DNA from: Klebsormidium nitens
Lineage: Eukaryota; Plantae; Klebsormidiophyceae
NCBI GenBank assembly: GCA_000708835.1
Contig: DF237014.1
Span: 185,148-249,147, forward strand
Direction: 5' to 3'
DNA length: 64,000 nucleotides
In this document: positions 34,901-46,548 of the stretch, piece by piece
How the letters are laid out: each line of letters starts with the position of its first letter
Position numbering within the stretch: the stretch's first letter is position 1
The notes under the pieces: model-generated
Database searches by the model: none
The model's input: only the letters and a program-made list of their open reading frames with translations
Told to the model about the DNA's origin: nothing
Position numbers and translations under genes: made by a program

Positions 34901-36560
34901 GCTTGACAAGAAGGATCAGGTATCGAAGTCAAAGGGAGAGGGAGAACCAGAAACTACCTCGCTCAACCAGAAGGCCGAGTGCAAAATGGATGATTGCAAC
35001 TGTCGGACCTTGAATAAAGTTCTCTTGCTGGAGCTCTGTGTCCGTTCTTGAGTGACAAAAAGCAGCGGCATGGCTTGATCTTGAAGTCATGGGACAAGAT
35101 TGGGGCCCTTACTGAGCTGCGGCCCAGCCTGCTGCCTGGCATGGCTGCGTCCGCGGAGCCCCCCTCCCCGCTGGCGCTGTCATCTTGCTCGCTGCCCCAA
35201 CCCCAGCTCGAGCGCCGGCCATGCCCACCCTCCCCCTTCTGCACAGCTGCCAGCTCAGCTTTCTTGGTCACAGCAGGGGCCACTTTCGTGCCCCTGGCCG
35301 GCCCTGCCTTGACCAGTGCCTGCGTCTTGTCAGTCCCGTGCTTCCCCTGGTTGCTTTCCCGCGCCCGTCGCCCGGCCCCCCCGCTCTGCGGCCGCTTGAG
35401 CGGCACAAGATTGCTGTCCAGCGCGCCACCCCACTGAGCGTCCCCCTCCGTCAGCCAGTCTGTGAACAACCCTGCGTCCACGCTGTCGTGATACCCATCG
35501 CCACCGTTCCATGCAATCCCGCTGCCGGGGAGCCCCTCGCGCGCCTGCTCCGCTCCATCAGCCCCTTCCTCCCTCTCCTGCATCTGGTCCCACAGGCTGA
35601 GGGACGGGCCCGGCGTGTGAGTGGAGAGGAACTCGCGTGCTGCCTCCGCCAGGTTGAAGATCATGACACGCCCCTCCCGCGCAATGGCGGCCGCCTGCAG
35701 GAACAGCCAGGGTGGCAGTACCGTCAGGGACCATTTAGAAGCTGCTGGACAACAAGGACCACCGAGCCAGAGAGTCTGTGAGACAGCCAATACATGAATT
35801 GGAAAGCCCAGTTTCATTGAGACCGAGTGATCAGGCCTGCTGGCAGGGCAGCAGTGCGACGGGGCGCCCAGGAAAGGCTGCAGACGTGGGTGGCAGCTGT
35901 CACCTGCTCCTGCAGCATGTCCGACAGGTGGTGCACCTCCGCCTCGTCCAGGCCGCCCTGGGGCACCACGCGCAGCTTGGGCGGCCGGTGGGGGTACGAC
36001 GCAACGTAGCTGCCACGAGAGACAGAAGAGCGCTCAAGGACATGACCAACAGCAATCCTGAAGGCAGGCGCAAGATGGCTGCGCTGAGAAACAAAGTGCA
36101 AGGGAGAAAGGACTGACTCAAAGTGTCCCACTCGATGCATGACTCACCGCACTTGCAGCTCCACCGCAAGCGGTTCTTCTGTGGCGCCATCCGGAGCAGT
36201 GTGCGGCCTGCGCGGAAGAGACACAAAGGCGTCACAGCAAAGGTTCAGAGGCCACCCAGCGACGTCAAATCAGAAACCACAGCTGCGAAGATAGACACTC
36301 TTTGAATTTCTTGGCCACAATTGGTGCATTCTAGCATGTTGTGGGCGGCCACTGCTGGCCAGCTGACAGGGCGCTACTCACAGGATGGTGATAGCGTATT
36401 CAATGAAGGGCTCCTGCGAGATGAGGCGGAACTCGTCCCCAAAGATGGCCGCCAGCGCCGTGACCTCCTCCTGCTGCTCAAACAGGCAGTCCGCCGCCTC
36501 CTTGTCCTCCTCCTTGCGGCCCCCTTTCTTGCCCTTCTTGCCCTTCTTCTTGCCACCCAT
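28914..36560 (-). CDS. GCN2: eIF2-alpha kinase GCN2 (RWD - kinase - HisRS-like - anticodon-binding domain), many exons
   Basis: RWD 'EQQEEVTALAAIFGDEF' and 'SYPHRPPKLRVVP'. Kinase 'RYLADFQEV', 'GGFG...NKLDGRRYAIKKIRL...ILREVATLSRLQHQNVVRYYQ', 'LYIQMEYCPRTL', 'HRDLTPNNIF...KIGDFGL' and 'GTYLYTAPE'. HisRS-like 'RRYEIARVYRR...ELLQADFDIVG' and 'GGRYDALL'. The last exon is 29030-28914. Confidence 0.95.
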
Positions 36561-38138
36561 CCTCACACGCCGGACCAGCGCCTTTGGCACATCGCGGCAT
36601 TGCGCTGATGCGGAACAGGCGACAGCCTACAGGCTACAGCCTCGCGGCCATTGGCATGAGTCATCATGACCCAAGACAAACTTGAAACTTTCAATGAAAG
36701 GAGAGATAGACATGGTACTGGTAGGCCGCCCGGTGGCGGCGATGGCTTGCCTCTTTGGTCATATAAGGTGGAGTATCGGCGATATTTTAAATCTAGACTT
36801 CCCCTGTGTCAGATCAAAGCACCAAATAACAGGGGTGAACAGTTGACACAACTTACCGTTTGCTCGTAAGCACTGCCTATACGTAGGTAAAACAAATTGA
36901 TACAGCTTCTCCCGATCAACCGGCCAGTTTTAGTGTCATCTAATTTAGACTACCATACGTACGGTAATTGGCTAGGAGACAGTCAGATTCATGACCCCCT
37001 TCTCACGCGCGAAGCTGCAAAACCCGAAAAAAAAGCCTACAAATTAACGAAATTGCGGGATTGCGTCAGATCGTCACCGTCGGCGCAGATCTTCTGCCCC
37101 ATCTCAGTCGTCCATCTTGGCACGTTTCGCAAAACGACAAAGGTTTGTCAGCTTAGCCGTCGATATCTTTTGAAAACGTGCGCTCACTCGCAATTTGAGC
37201 CGTCGGTTAGTAAGGCCTCTAGCCCGCGGGCCGCAGCCCTAAACACATCTTGAATCTTGTACCGGTCAGACTCGCAACCGGCCGGCGATTATCCACCGGG
37301 CAATGGTCAGTATAAGTAAGTTTCCAACGACGAGTCGGACTAGACCGCTGTGGTGCGAGTCGGATTGGGCGGTCCGATTCGCCAGGCGGAGCCTCCGACC
37401 CTTTGACACCCGGTTTCTATTGGTCCCGGGCTCGGAGCCCACACTAGGAGGGGACCGCCCGAAGGGCGGTCGCCCTCCTAGCCCATTCTAGTTTCACCCA
37501 GCAACAGACTGACTAAATTAGTCTAAACTTTTCACTAAAACTGGCAGGTTGCTCGGAAGAAGCTGTATCGCGCTGGCATTTAGCGTTACGGCGTTACGTC
37601 AGGTCATCGGTCGGCATCGCGGGCGGATTCGACGATATGTGCCAAATCTGCGTGACCGAGGGAGTCGACAGGTGCCGTGCATAATAACACCATCGCAGGT
37701 TTGGGCAGATTTGACGACTACCGTAATATTGCACGTTTTATCGTCGACCTCGGGCAGTGAGTTCAAAACCGTCAGACTCGGCCGGGCTCAGCCCACCGCG
37801 CAAGAGCGGCGTCGTACAGTGTCGCCCGAAGCTAGCGCGGTCGTTGTCAGTCCCTTTATAAGTTTCATACAGGTGGGTCGCCGAATCTAGAATTTGACCG
37901 TTCTGATAGCGCTGGCTCCGGTGTTTTAGTGCCGGAAAGTCGGGTCCCATGTATCGGACGGTCGGCAAAAACATTCCGCTTTCCAGATGACGCCAGGCTG
38001 ACGACAGCTCAACAATGGCTGTCGAGCTCAACCAGCTTCCTCAATAGACCCAGGCTGATGTTCACGGCGGCCCTACTCATGGTGTCCTGCACAGTTGCGT
38101 GCAGCGCGGGAAGCGGAGGAGACGGCTTTGAATAAAAA

Positions 38139-41100
38139 ATGGAACTAATGATGGCAAAGGAGCACTTGTACACGCTCATCAAGGTGGCCACCGAGGAGGA
38201 TATCCGGGCGCAGATCGGCACCACCACGCACTTCGACCTCGTCAACTACGACTCCATCAAGGTGCACCGCGTCAAGAAACAGACGCCCTTCCAGGATTTC
38301 AAGGTACGGCTCTCGGGCAGCCGCGCACCAACTTCCGGCTGCTTGCATGGCCTTGACAGTCTTCCGTGCTACAAGAGCTCAAGCCGCACTTACGGCCCCC
38401 TCTATGGAGGAGATTGACAATCCTTGCGCCATGCTTCGGACCTTCTCGGTTTGCAGTTCTGCAAGACCATGTTGTATTCCGAAAACTGGTCCTTGTCAAG
38501 TGTTTCGGAGTGTGTTGGAGATCTGTGAGGGTAGCACGACAGGTGGCCTGAAATCACCCTGAAATCTAGCGTGGCACGGTCTGGTGTGCAGGCGCAGATT
38601 GCGGAGGAGTTGGGCATCCCGGTGGTGCTGCAGCGGTACTGGGTGTGGGCCAAGCGGATCAACAAGACGACGCGGCCCAACCGGCCGCTGACGGCCGTGG
38701 AGGAGGCGCAGACGGTGCAGCAGCTCAAGGACAGCCACATGAAGATGCCCCTCACCGAATTGCGCCTCTTCCTAGAAGCACCCATCCTGCGCGAGGTGAG
38801 GGCGGGGCCTGCTCTGCGAAGCATGAACCTCTGCGCGCTCCAGCACAAGCAGCGGCGAGGGCACGGCACACGCCTGCCAGAGGTTCCCAACATTTGAGTT
38901 GCTTCATCATTTTGTTTCGCTAGTATCCCCTATCCAGTTGTTCTCTGATTGTTTTTATCCCCAACCACGCTGCGTGTGGCTGGCAGGACCTGAAGCAGCT
39001 GTCGCCGTCCCTCCCGGAGCGCAACAGGGGGGACATTCTCATATTCTTCAAGCTGTACGACCCCGAGAAGGAGACCCTTCAGTAAGCCTCGAGTACGCCC
39101 TGCCCCGCTTTCGGTTCCCCCTTCTGTGATCGAAACTTATGTGCACTGCGTTTGTTGTATCTCCTGGAATAATGTTGGTCTCGCACCGCAGCACATCAAA
39201 AGAGGCCAGGACCATCTGGAGTTTCATTTGGTGGTCAAGGTTTCATTGTACACTCCGTGACGTTGCTTTCGTTCCGCGTGCGCTGTGGTCATCCTTGGCG
39301 TGCTACTGTGTGGCGCAGGTACGTGGGCAGCCTGTACGTGCGGCTGTCGTACCGGCCCAATGAGGTGATGAGGCACATCAACCGGCTGGCGGGCTTCCCG
39401 GAGGACCAGCCCATCAAGCTGTTCGAGGAGATCAAGTTCGACCCCAACGTCATGTGCGAGGCCATCGACAAGAAGCTCACCCTCAAGGGCAGCCAGGTCA
39501 GCCCCACACACATCAGTACGTGGCTAGAACGGTTGGAGGCAAATGCCGCAGGCTGCGAACAACAGGGTTTTGACATAGCGACCTGCGATGATCGAAGCAA
39601 GAACAGCCTGGAGTTCGCCGGCTGAGAGCTTATTTAAAGTTCCTAATCTGCGAATCCTGGATGCTGGGCGTGACCGCTGTTCGCGTGGTGCTGCGCAGCT
39701 GGAGGACGGCGACATCATCTGCTTCCAGAAGGAGCTCCCGCTGGGGGCGGCGTCCGCTCACCGCTTCCCCGAGGTGCCGGCCTTCATGGAGAACGTGGTC
39801 AACCGGCAGGTCGTGCACTTCCGCAAGCTTGAAAAGCCCTCCGCTCCATACTTCGACCTCGAACTGTGAGCCCCGTCTCTCTAGCTGTTTCAGCTGCTTG
39901 TTTCGTGTTCTGGAACTTGCCAAATCCACGGCATAGTCTCGCTCTAAGAGACCATGCTAATTCACTTGCTCGTCTCTCTAGCTTGGTTTGTTGCCTGATG
40001 AACCTTGCTGATCTCTGGCAATCCAGTTTCGCGGTCTTGGAAACCACTGTTTTCGTCAGTGGTCCGTTACACGTTCTCAGAGTCTCTGCATCTGCACATG
40101 TGATGCTTTGGCGGGTCTCATGCTCGCGGCCTGATGTCTGTCTGTTGGTGCGCAGGTCGAAGGAGCTCACGTACCTGGACGCCATCTCTGCGCTGGCGGC
40201 GCACATGGGCCTGGACAACCCTGCGAAGCTGCGGCTGTCGCCGCACAACGTGCACACGCACATGCCGCGTGTGGCGCCGTTCAAGTACGCAACGAGCGAC
40301 AAGCTGTACGACATGCTGCGCGGCAACACACCCTACAGCGACATCCTCTACTACGAGGTCCTCGACATCCCCCTGCCCGACCTCGAGAAACTCAAGACGC
40401 TCAACGTTGTCTTTGCCAACTCCAAAGTCGAAGAGGTTAGCGCCCCGCTGCTTGCTTCGCTTCATCTATTGAAAGTTCACCGTTGTGTTCCGAACGCCGG
40501 TCCAACGATTGTTCGTGTTATTTTTGCAGGCAGTGACAAACAATGTTTCGTCACAAGTCCCTTTGAAAGGCTCCAAAAGATTTGCGACGCACTCCTTCTT
40601 TGTGCCGCAGGTTGCATCGCACCAGATTCGAATACCACGCACCGGGACCGTGAGCGATCTCCTGGTGGAGCTGCGGAAGAAGGTCGAGCTGTCACGGCCT
40701 GACGCCGAGTTGCGGGTGGTGGAAGTCATCACCTCCAAAATTTCCAAGGTGCGCGCCGCCAGCGCATCGGCACAGCCGTCGTTTCTAGGGTCAGGCGACA
40801 ATGCAAGTGGCGATACTGCAACAGTCCTGGTGTTGTCATGCTTTCCCTTTATCTGCGCCGTTGTCTCGTTTTCGTTCTAAGTCGTCGTTCCGCTGAATTG
40901 CAGGTCTTGCCGCCGGGCGACAAGATCTCCGACCAGTGCTGGAAGATCCGTGCAGAGGAGGTGCCGACGGAGGAGGTGGATGCGGGGCCCAATGATCGTC
41001 TGCTCCACGTGTACCACTTCCGACGAGACAAACTCAACAAGGACCAGGTGCGCAGACGCGGCGCCCAAGCTGGGCGTTTCGCCATCGCCATGGCCGACTT

Positions 41101-41844
41101 TCTCGCAATGCCCATGAGGCCTTCTTTCCTGGCTGCAAAGGAGCGTTTTCGTTGTGTACCTAAGCTGTAGAGTCCATGATTGGCCTCCTCTGATCGACTG
41201 ACCGGATGCAGGCGATATTGTTTGGAAACCCGTTCTTGCTGGTGGTGCGGGAGGGGGAAACCATGGCCGAGGTGAAAGCGCGCATCAAAGCAAAGCTGGG
41301 GACGAAGGACGGAGAGTTCGACACGTGGAAGTTTGCTCACGTCACCAACAAAGCAAGCCCAGAGTACATCAAAGACGACGAGGTTGTGCTGACGCGCTTC
41401 CCGGTGAGCGAGACTGTCCCTGCTCTGTTCTTGCTGCCAGATGCGCGCCCGCTGCGGTCTTCCTTGCACTGTAGAGCCGGTTGCTGCTGTGTGCAAAGTA
41501 GTGGTGGCTCAGCTGTTGTGCTCACAGATTTGGAGGGCTGGGGGAGAGGAGTGGGGGGTCTTGGGGGGCAGGCCGGGCTTCTCGTTATGACTTTGGTTGT
41601 GCACCCCTTCCTGCAGAGTGTGGTCAGTATCTTCGAAGCAGAGTTCTTGGGGATGGAGCATGCTGACATGGGCCCGCAACGAGCACGCATACGAGAACCC
41701 GAGAGACGGGGGCATGAGACAGATACAGTGAGTAGGCCAGCCTTGCAGAATTGGACGCTAAAAGGCCGTTTATACAGCACTTTTTCAGTTTTGACACTTG
41801 GCAACTTTGGCTGTACATTGAACATACAGCTTTGCACACCTTGA
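38139..41844 (+). CDS. USP7/UBP12-UBP13-like C-terminal UBL region only (no MATH or catalytic domain), ~10 exons
   Basis: 'HLYTLIKVATEEDIRAQIG...FDLVNYD', 'LGIPVVLQRYWVWAKRINKTTRPNRPLT', 'DILIFFKLYDPEKETLQYVG', 'LEDGDIICFQK', 'SDILYYEVLDIPLPDLEKLKTL', 'FGNPFLLVVREGETMAEVKARIKAKL' and 'FLGMEHAD' follow the UBP12/13 tail in order. There is an in-frame TAA at 38133-38135 upstream of the ATG. The last exon and stop are uncertain. Confidence 0.88.
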
Positions 41845-42158
41845 CGGTCCAATCAATAAAGGCGACTGCTTCATAATTTCAACTCGACTTTGTCTGTTGC
41901 TCTTCATGTGGCCGCACCCGCACTCATGCCACTCCCAAGTTGGGCGTCGCGGAATGCTTGGGGAGCGTGCAAATGGCCCTCATTCTTATCCAGACCTGTA
42001 AAGCGACGTCTTGTCTGAACTGTTCGAGCCCGCGTTTGTCTAGCTGAGGCACTGCGTTAATATGTGGTTGATGGCAGTAAATGCTGATAAGGTAGACGGT
42101 GTAGAATCTGGTCCGGACGTGGATCCCAAAGCAGCCACGAGACGCTAAATTCGACCAC

Positions 42159-43968
42159 GTGCAGGATCCTGACCCAGAGTCCAAGCCAAATCACGAACCA
42201 GACGCAGAAGCTGGACTCAAACCCGACCACAAATTGGGGTCCGACTCAGATGGGGGTTCTGCTGGGAAGCCTTGGTTGACCGCAAATCCCGGGATAGTCA
42301 ACGGAGCCTGGTTGGACGAGCTAAGGGTCTTTTGGGAAAGCAACAGCGGTCTCCAGAGTGTGCCTGTCATACCAGACGAGAAATCCCGGGAGCTGCTGCA
42401 GCGTTTCCTTTCCGATAAGGTGCGTCTTTTGGAAGCGGAGCAACGGATGAAAGGCAGTTCTGAAGCGTCCGCCTATTTTACCGAGATGCACAAGCTCCTG
42501 GGGGACCTGTTTACGGGGGCGCAGGCGCTTGGCAGCGGTAACGTCCGGTCGACAGGCGGCACCTTTGTTACGCTGATGTCCACCTTGGCTCGAGGCGCAA
42601 TTGGAGGATTGCCGATGCTTGGGGGATTGGCAGCGGGGGCAGTTAAGGCTGGCACGGACGCATATCAAGAGTTTGGGATGCGGAGAGCTGCGGAGAAGGT
42701 GTGCCGCATTGCGCCTGCGGGGTTGGCGCATTGGGTGGCGCACGCCGCTGCTCTGGGGCTTGCACTTGGACGAGAGGGGGTCGTGCAGGTAACACTTCTA
42801 ATTTTTCATGTCTGAAACTATACCTACATAAAGATAGGACCCACCGCACGTCTTTCGGAGGAAGAAGACGCCCCTGGGGGACAATCCAGGTGGTCGGGGT
42901 AGGTTTCAAAGCAGTTAGGGTGGGTTTAGCGTCGAGCGAGCAATGATTCGCGGAGGTTTGCGTATTCAGTACTAGCCTGCTTATGATGCCCCGTAACCTG
43001 TAAAGCTTAAGCATTTGGAGCTGCCATATTGCGCCTTCTGCTTATAGTAGTCTACCTCTTCGAGCAAGCACATCTTTCTGGGTCTTGAAGCATTTTGGGT
43101 ACCGTCTGATTTTTGCTACGAGGAGGAGGCACTTGGTACGGCAGTTGCCAGGAGGCTGGGAAGACCACGTGGGTTTCCTGCAGAAAATCCCGCTCTCTAT
43201 GAAGATGACGATTCTACGAATTCGTGCAGGTGCTGTGGACAGGTGGCGGGAATAACCATGTGTCGATTGCCGCAAAAGTCCGCCTGCGGTGGTCGAATCT
43301 GACGGGGCTTCCGGAGCCGATAGCTCGACTCCGGGGCCTGGTCAAAGACGACCTGGAGCGAATTCTCGATGGCATTCTCTCGGGGCGGGTTACTGGGGTG
43401 CAAGGGGATACGGACGGGGTGGAAGTTTGTCAGCGGCTGATTGATGTGGGGCTAGAGGCAACCGGCAGTGTCGCCTGCACCCCGACTACAGCCGGTCCCC
43501 GGCTGCCACTGGTCACCTCGGTGCCCAAGTTCGCGGGTGCCATCGATCCGTCGATTACGCAGGCAATGCAGGGACAGATTGATAACCTGCCTGGAGGCGG
43601 AGTTGGCAAAGGTTCCTCGCCTCGAAGCGGAGGTAGAAAAGTTGAGGAGGCGGTTAAGATCACCAGATCTTAGGGCTGACCCGCATGGCAGGGGGGACGG
43701 TAGCACGACGCAGTTACTACTGGTGGCTGGTGCAGAAGGCGCCGTTGAAACCGCCGGCCAGATTACAAGTGTGCAGGAGCAGGTCGACGTTCTCCAAGCG
43801 GCTGTTGTCGAGCTCAAAGCAGAGCTGGAAGCGAGAGGAGAAAGGGCTTTGGGTGCTGAGACGGGCCGAACATCAAGCTCCGAGGTGGTTCGACAAAGGG
43901 AGGTGAGTGGACCTACTTTTCGTCGCTGCTCAGGGACTCAAGTGAACGGACCCGAGGATGAATTATGA
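42159..43968 (+). pseudogene. Two-exon (or more) orphan gene with a Gly-rich hydrophobic segment and a coiled coil, disrupted by a 4-bp duplication
   Basis: Exon 42159-42788 splices in phase 0 to 43230. A CCTG-CCTG duplication at 43586-43593 shifts the frame; removing one copy gives 'QAMQGQIDNLEAELAKVPRLEAEVEKLRRRL'. The 5' and 3' ends are uncertain. Confidence 0.55.
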
Positions 43969-43999
43969 GCTATTTGGAAAGGGTGACGTACGCTCAAGC

Positions 44000-45408
44000 A
44001 GGTGGCGCGTTTGGCAGTGTGGGTAGCGGACAAAAGACATGAAGCGCTTTGAGCTTGCTTGGAAGTTTGTCACAAGTGGGGAATGTTGGTTCCCCGGTTG
44101 GTGCTTTATCCTCCTTTCGGCAGTGTTTTCGGGTCAGTAGAACCTGATTCTTCAGGGTTGCAGAAAATAGTTGCTGCCTCGGAAAGCCCCAATGTACCTT
44201 CATGTTTGTCGCACTGTCACAGCCTCTATCGTACTTCGATACAGTGTTGCATGGGCGGTCAACATTTTCTTGGCGTTGTCTATCTTCTTCTCCTTGGCGC
44301 CGATCGACAAACGGAAGCTTTTTTCTTGTCTAAAGCAGTCGAACAACAACCCTCTCTTCGGGCTTTGGATCCAGTCAGTACGATCCCGAAATGGGCTTCG
44401 CTTTATAGCCTCTATCAAACAGCGAACGAAATTTTCAAAGAACCGTCAGCATGAACGACGGAGTTGGTCCATTCCGAGATTCCAAGACTGTCTCTTCTAT
44501 GTAAATTGCCACCCACTTCACGACTCCAGCAGCTTCTTGTGAAAACCGGTTGTATGACTCGCCGTTCAGGCTCCCCGCGCCGTAGTTGCGCCCCCCAAGA
44601 GGACGTTTCTTATCGAGCGGCGACAAGATGACGTTAACAGGCCACAGTTCTAGCTAATTACAAGATGTCGATGACTATGAGTGTTTGCATGATCGACTTT
44701 CAAAATAGCAGAAAAGCAGTACAGTAATACAGCAGTAGGGAGGTAGAATTGAGTAGGTAGTATGTCGGATTAAACGCCCAGATTCATCGAACAAGTTGTT
44801 CAGTGTTTCAGGTCCATGGCTTAACCGCTACGGCCTTATATAAAAGAAGTATGTAATGTATGTACAATTATTTATGTAAGCCTGTCCCTAGTTTGCGGCT
44901 AAGTATCAAATTACAACCACATAAAGTCTACCCAATGATTAGAGTCTACTAACTAATAGGTCAGACCATTCCCACCAGAGTGACGAACCGAAGAAACCAC
45001 CCCGCCGTAGTCTTTGCATAGCTTGTAGGTCGTACAAATACATTAGATCCCGTATGCACGAGTTCGTAACTTTGAGATGGAGTTGAGTGTGATTTGCATG
45101 CCATCTAGCTAGTATGACATTGGACATGACTTGCAGCCGTAGCAAGCTGCAGAGTCAACTCATGATTGTACCGTCCCGGTCTCACCGGCAAACTTTGCCC
45201 GATGGCTCACGTGGCTCCGCTTAGGGCGTTAATAAACCGTAAGTTGCCATTAGATTGCCAAATTGCCAATAACTTCACCGTTCTGACACCGCCAAGTCCC
45301 CAAAAGGCTTAAACCAAACCCTTCATGAGTGCGATAAACCTTCATCTGACTCCCGCAGGCTAGGACCTTATCCCAAGCTAAAAAGCTAGGAATTCTCCCC
45401 TGATACCA
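44000..45408 (-). mobile_element. Probable LTR-retrotransposon 5' relic (tRNA-iMet-type PBS and decayed gag-like frames)
   Basis: CCTGATACCA at 45399-45408 reads TGGTATCAGG on the minus strand. Downstream broken frames include 'LNGESYNRF...KW...IEE' and 'KEKKIDNAKKMLTAHA'. The DNA is AT-richer. Confidence 0.35.
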
Positions 45409-46548
45409 ACCATGATTGCAAGTGCGCACCCGCTGAGTCTACAATACTCCCACGGGCTAACACCCATATAAATTTTTTTGCTTCGAGCTGAAGAGGTGCT
45501 GGGATTTTCGCTAGGTCAAAATCAACTTCCCAATAACTTCTCATTCAAGTTATGGGCTCAATGTTCGGATTTCGCCCAATTTATATTTGGGAATCACCCT
45601 AAAAGTTCGATAACATCTAATTCCTGAGACTTTGTCGAATGCAGTCATCGATTCTAGTCTACTTTATTCATACAAACATTACAGACTGCTAAGCTATCCG
45701 CAGCAGAAGCGGCCTTCTAGACGCTTCCACAACTCCATAGCCTATAAACCACCCTCAGCTTATATGCGATACCCCTAAAAATCCTGCAAAAATCACGCCC
45801 TTCATGCATGCAATCTTATAGACGCCCTTGGAATGGTTCCATGCTTGAGCGCCACACTTATATGTACTTCTATGAATTCAATCATGCGAATTGCAATCTT
45901 TGCATGGAGCTGCCAAATCCGACTGCAGAGGACGCTGATCCGTTCATTTGCACGTTGTGACGCCTCTGCAAGCTATGGGAATGTGCGCTTATAACCCGCA
46001 TTGACAAAGTGGACTTTGCACGACATACATTTCAAGAAGGCCCGTCTTATGGGCAGCGAGACTCCTGGAAAACTTGCGGTGCTGAAGCACTGTTTCCATT
46101 ATGCAGAATGCCCCAGATAAGGATTGCAATTGGACGGAAAGCAGACTTACCACCTGCAAGTAGAGTTACTTAAGCAGGCGACCGAGAAGAGAAGCTCCAA
46201 CTGCTTGTGAGGTTCTTCAAATACTCAGCGCTTTGCTCAAGGTATTTCAAGTGGAGGTTCAAAAGCTCCAAATCATCTCGAGGGAACAAGCATTTCCAGC
46301 CAACCTGTACTAGCGGGACATACGGAACTACGCTTACCAGCAAGCACACATCCGGATGTGTGCAGGCAAGCGACCCCTTTCATTCGCCCTCTGGAAGAAC
46401 GCTGAAAGGGTTGGGGTCTTGTTCTTTGTCGTCTTTCTTTCCGCCAGTGTTGCGCTTGGGCGGACTCACTGCAGTCACAAGAGGAGGCACCCCTTTCATG
46501 CGTTCCACAGGCAAGAAGCAAAGACTGTGTGAGAAGACACGATGAAGG

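Noticed and set aside
29618-35781. Overlapping plus-strand ORFs in the GCN2 region
   Set aside because: They are shadow frames of the GCN2 exons.
28914-36560. GCN2 lacking an obvious pseudokinase domain as a novelty
   Set aside because: Absence of the pseudokinase domain is the established plant-type GCN2 architecture.
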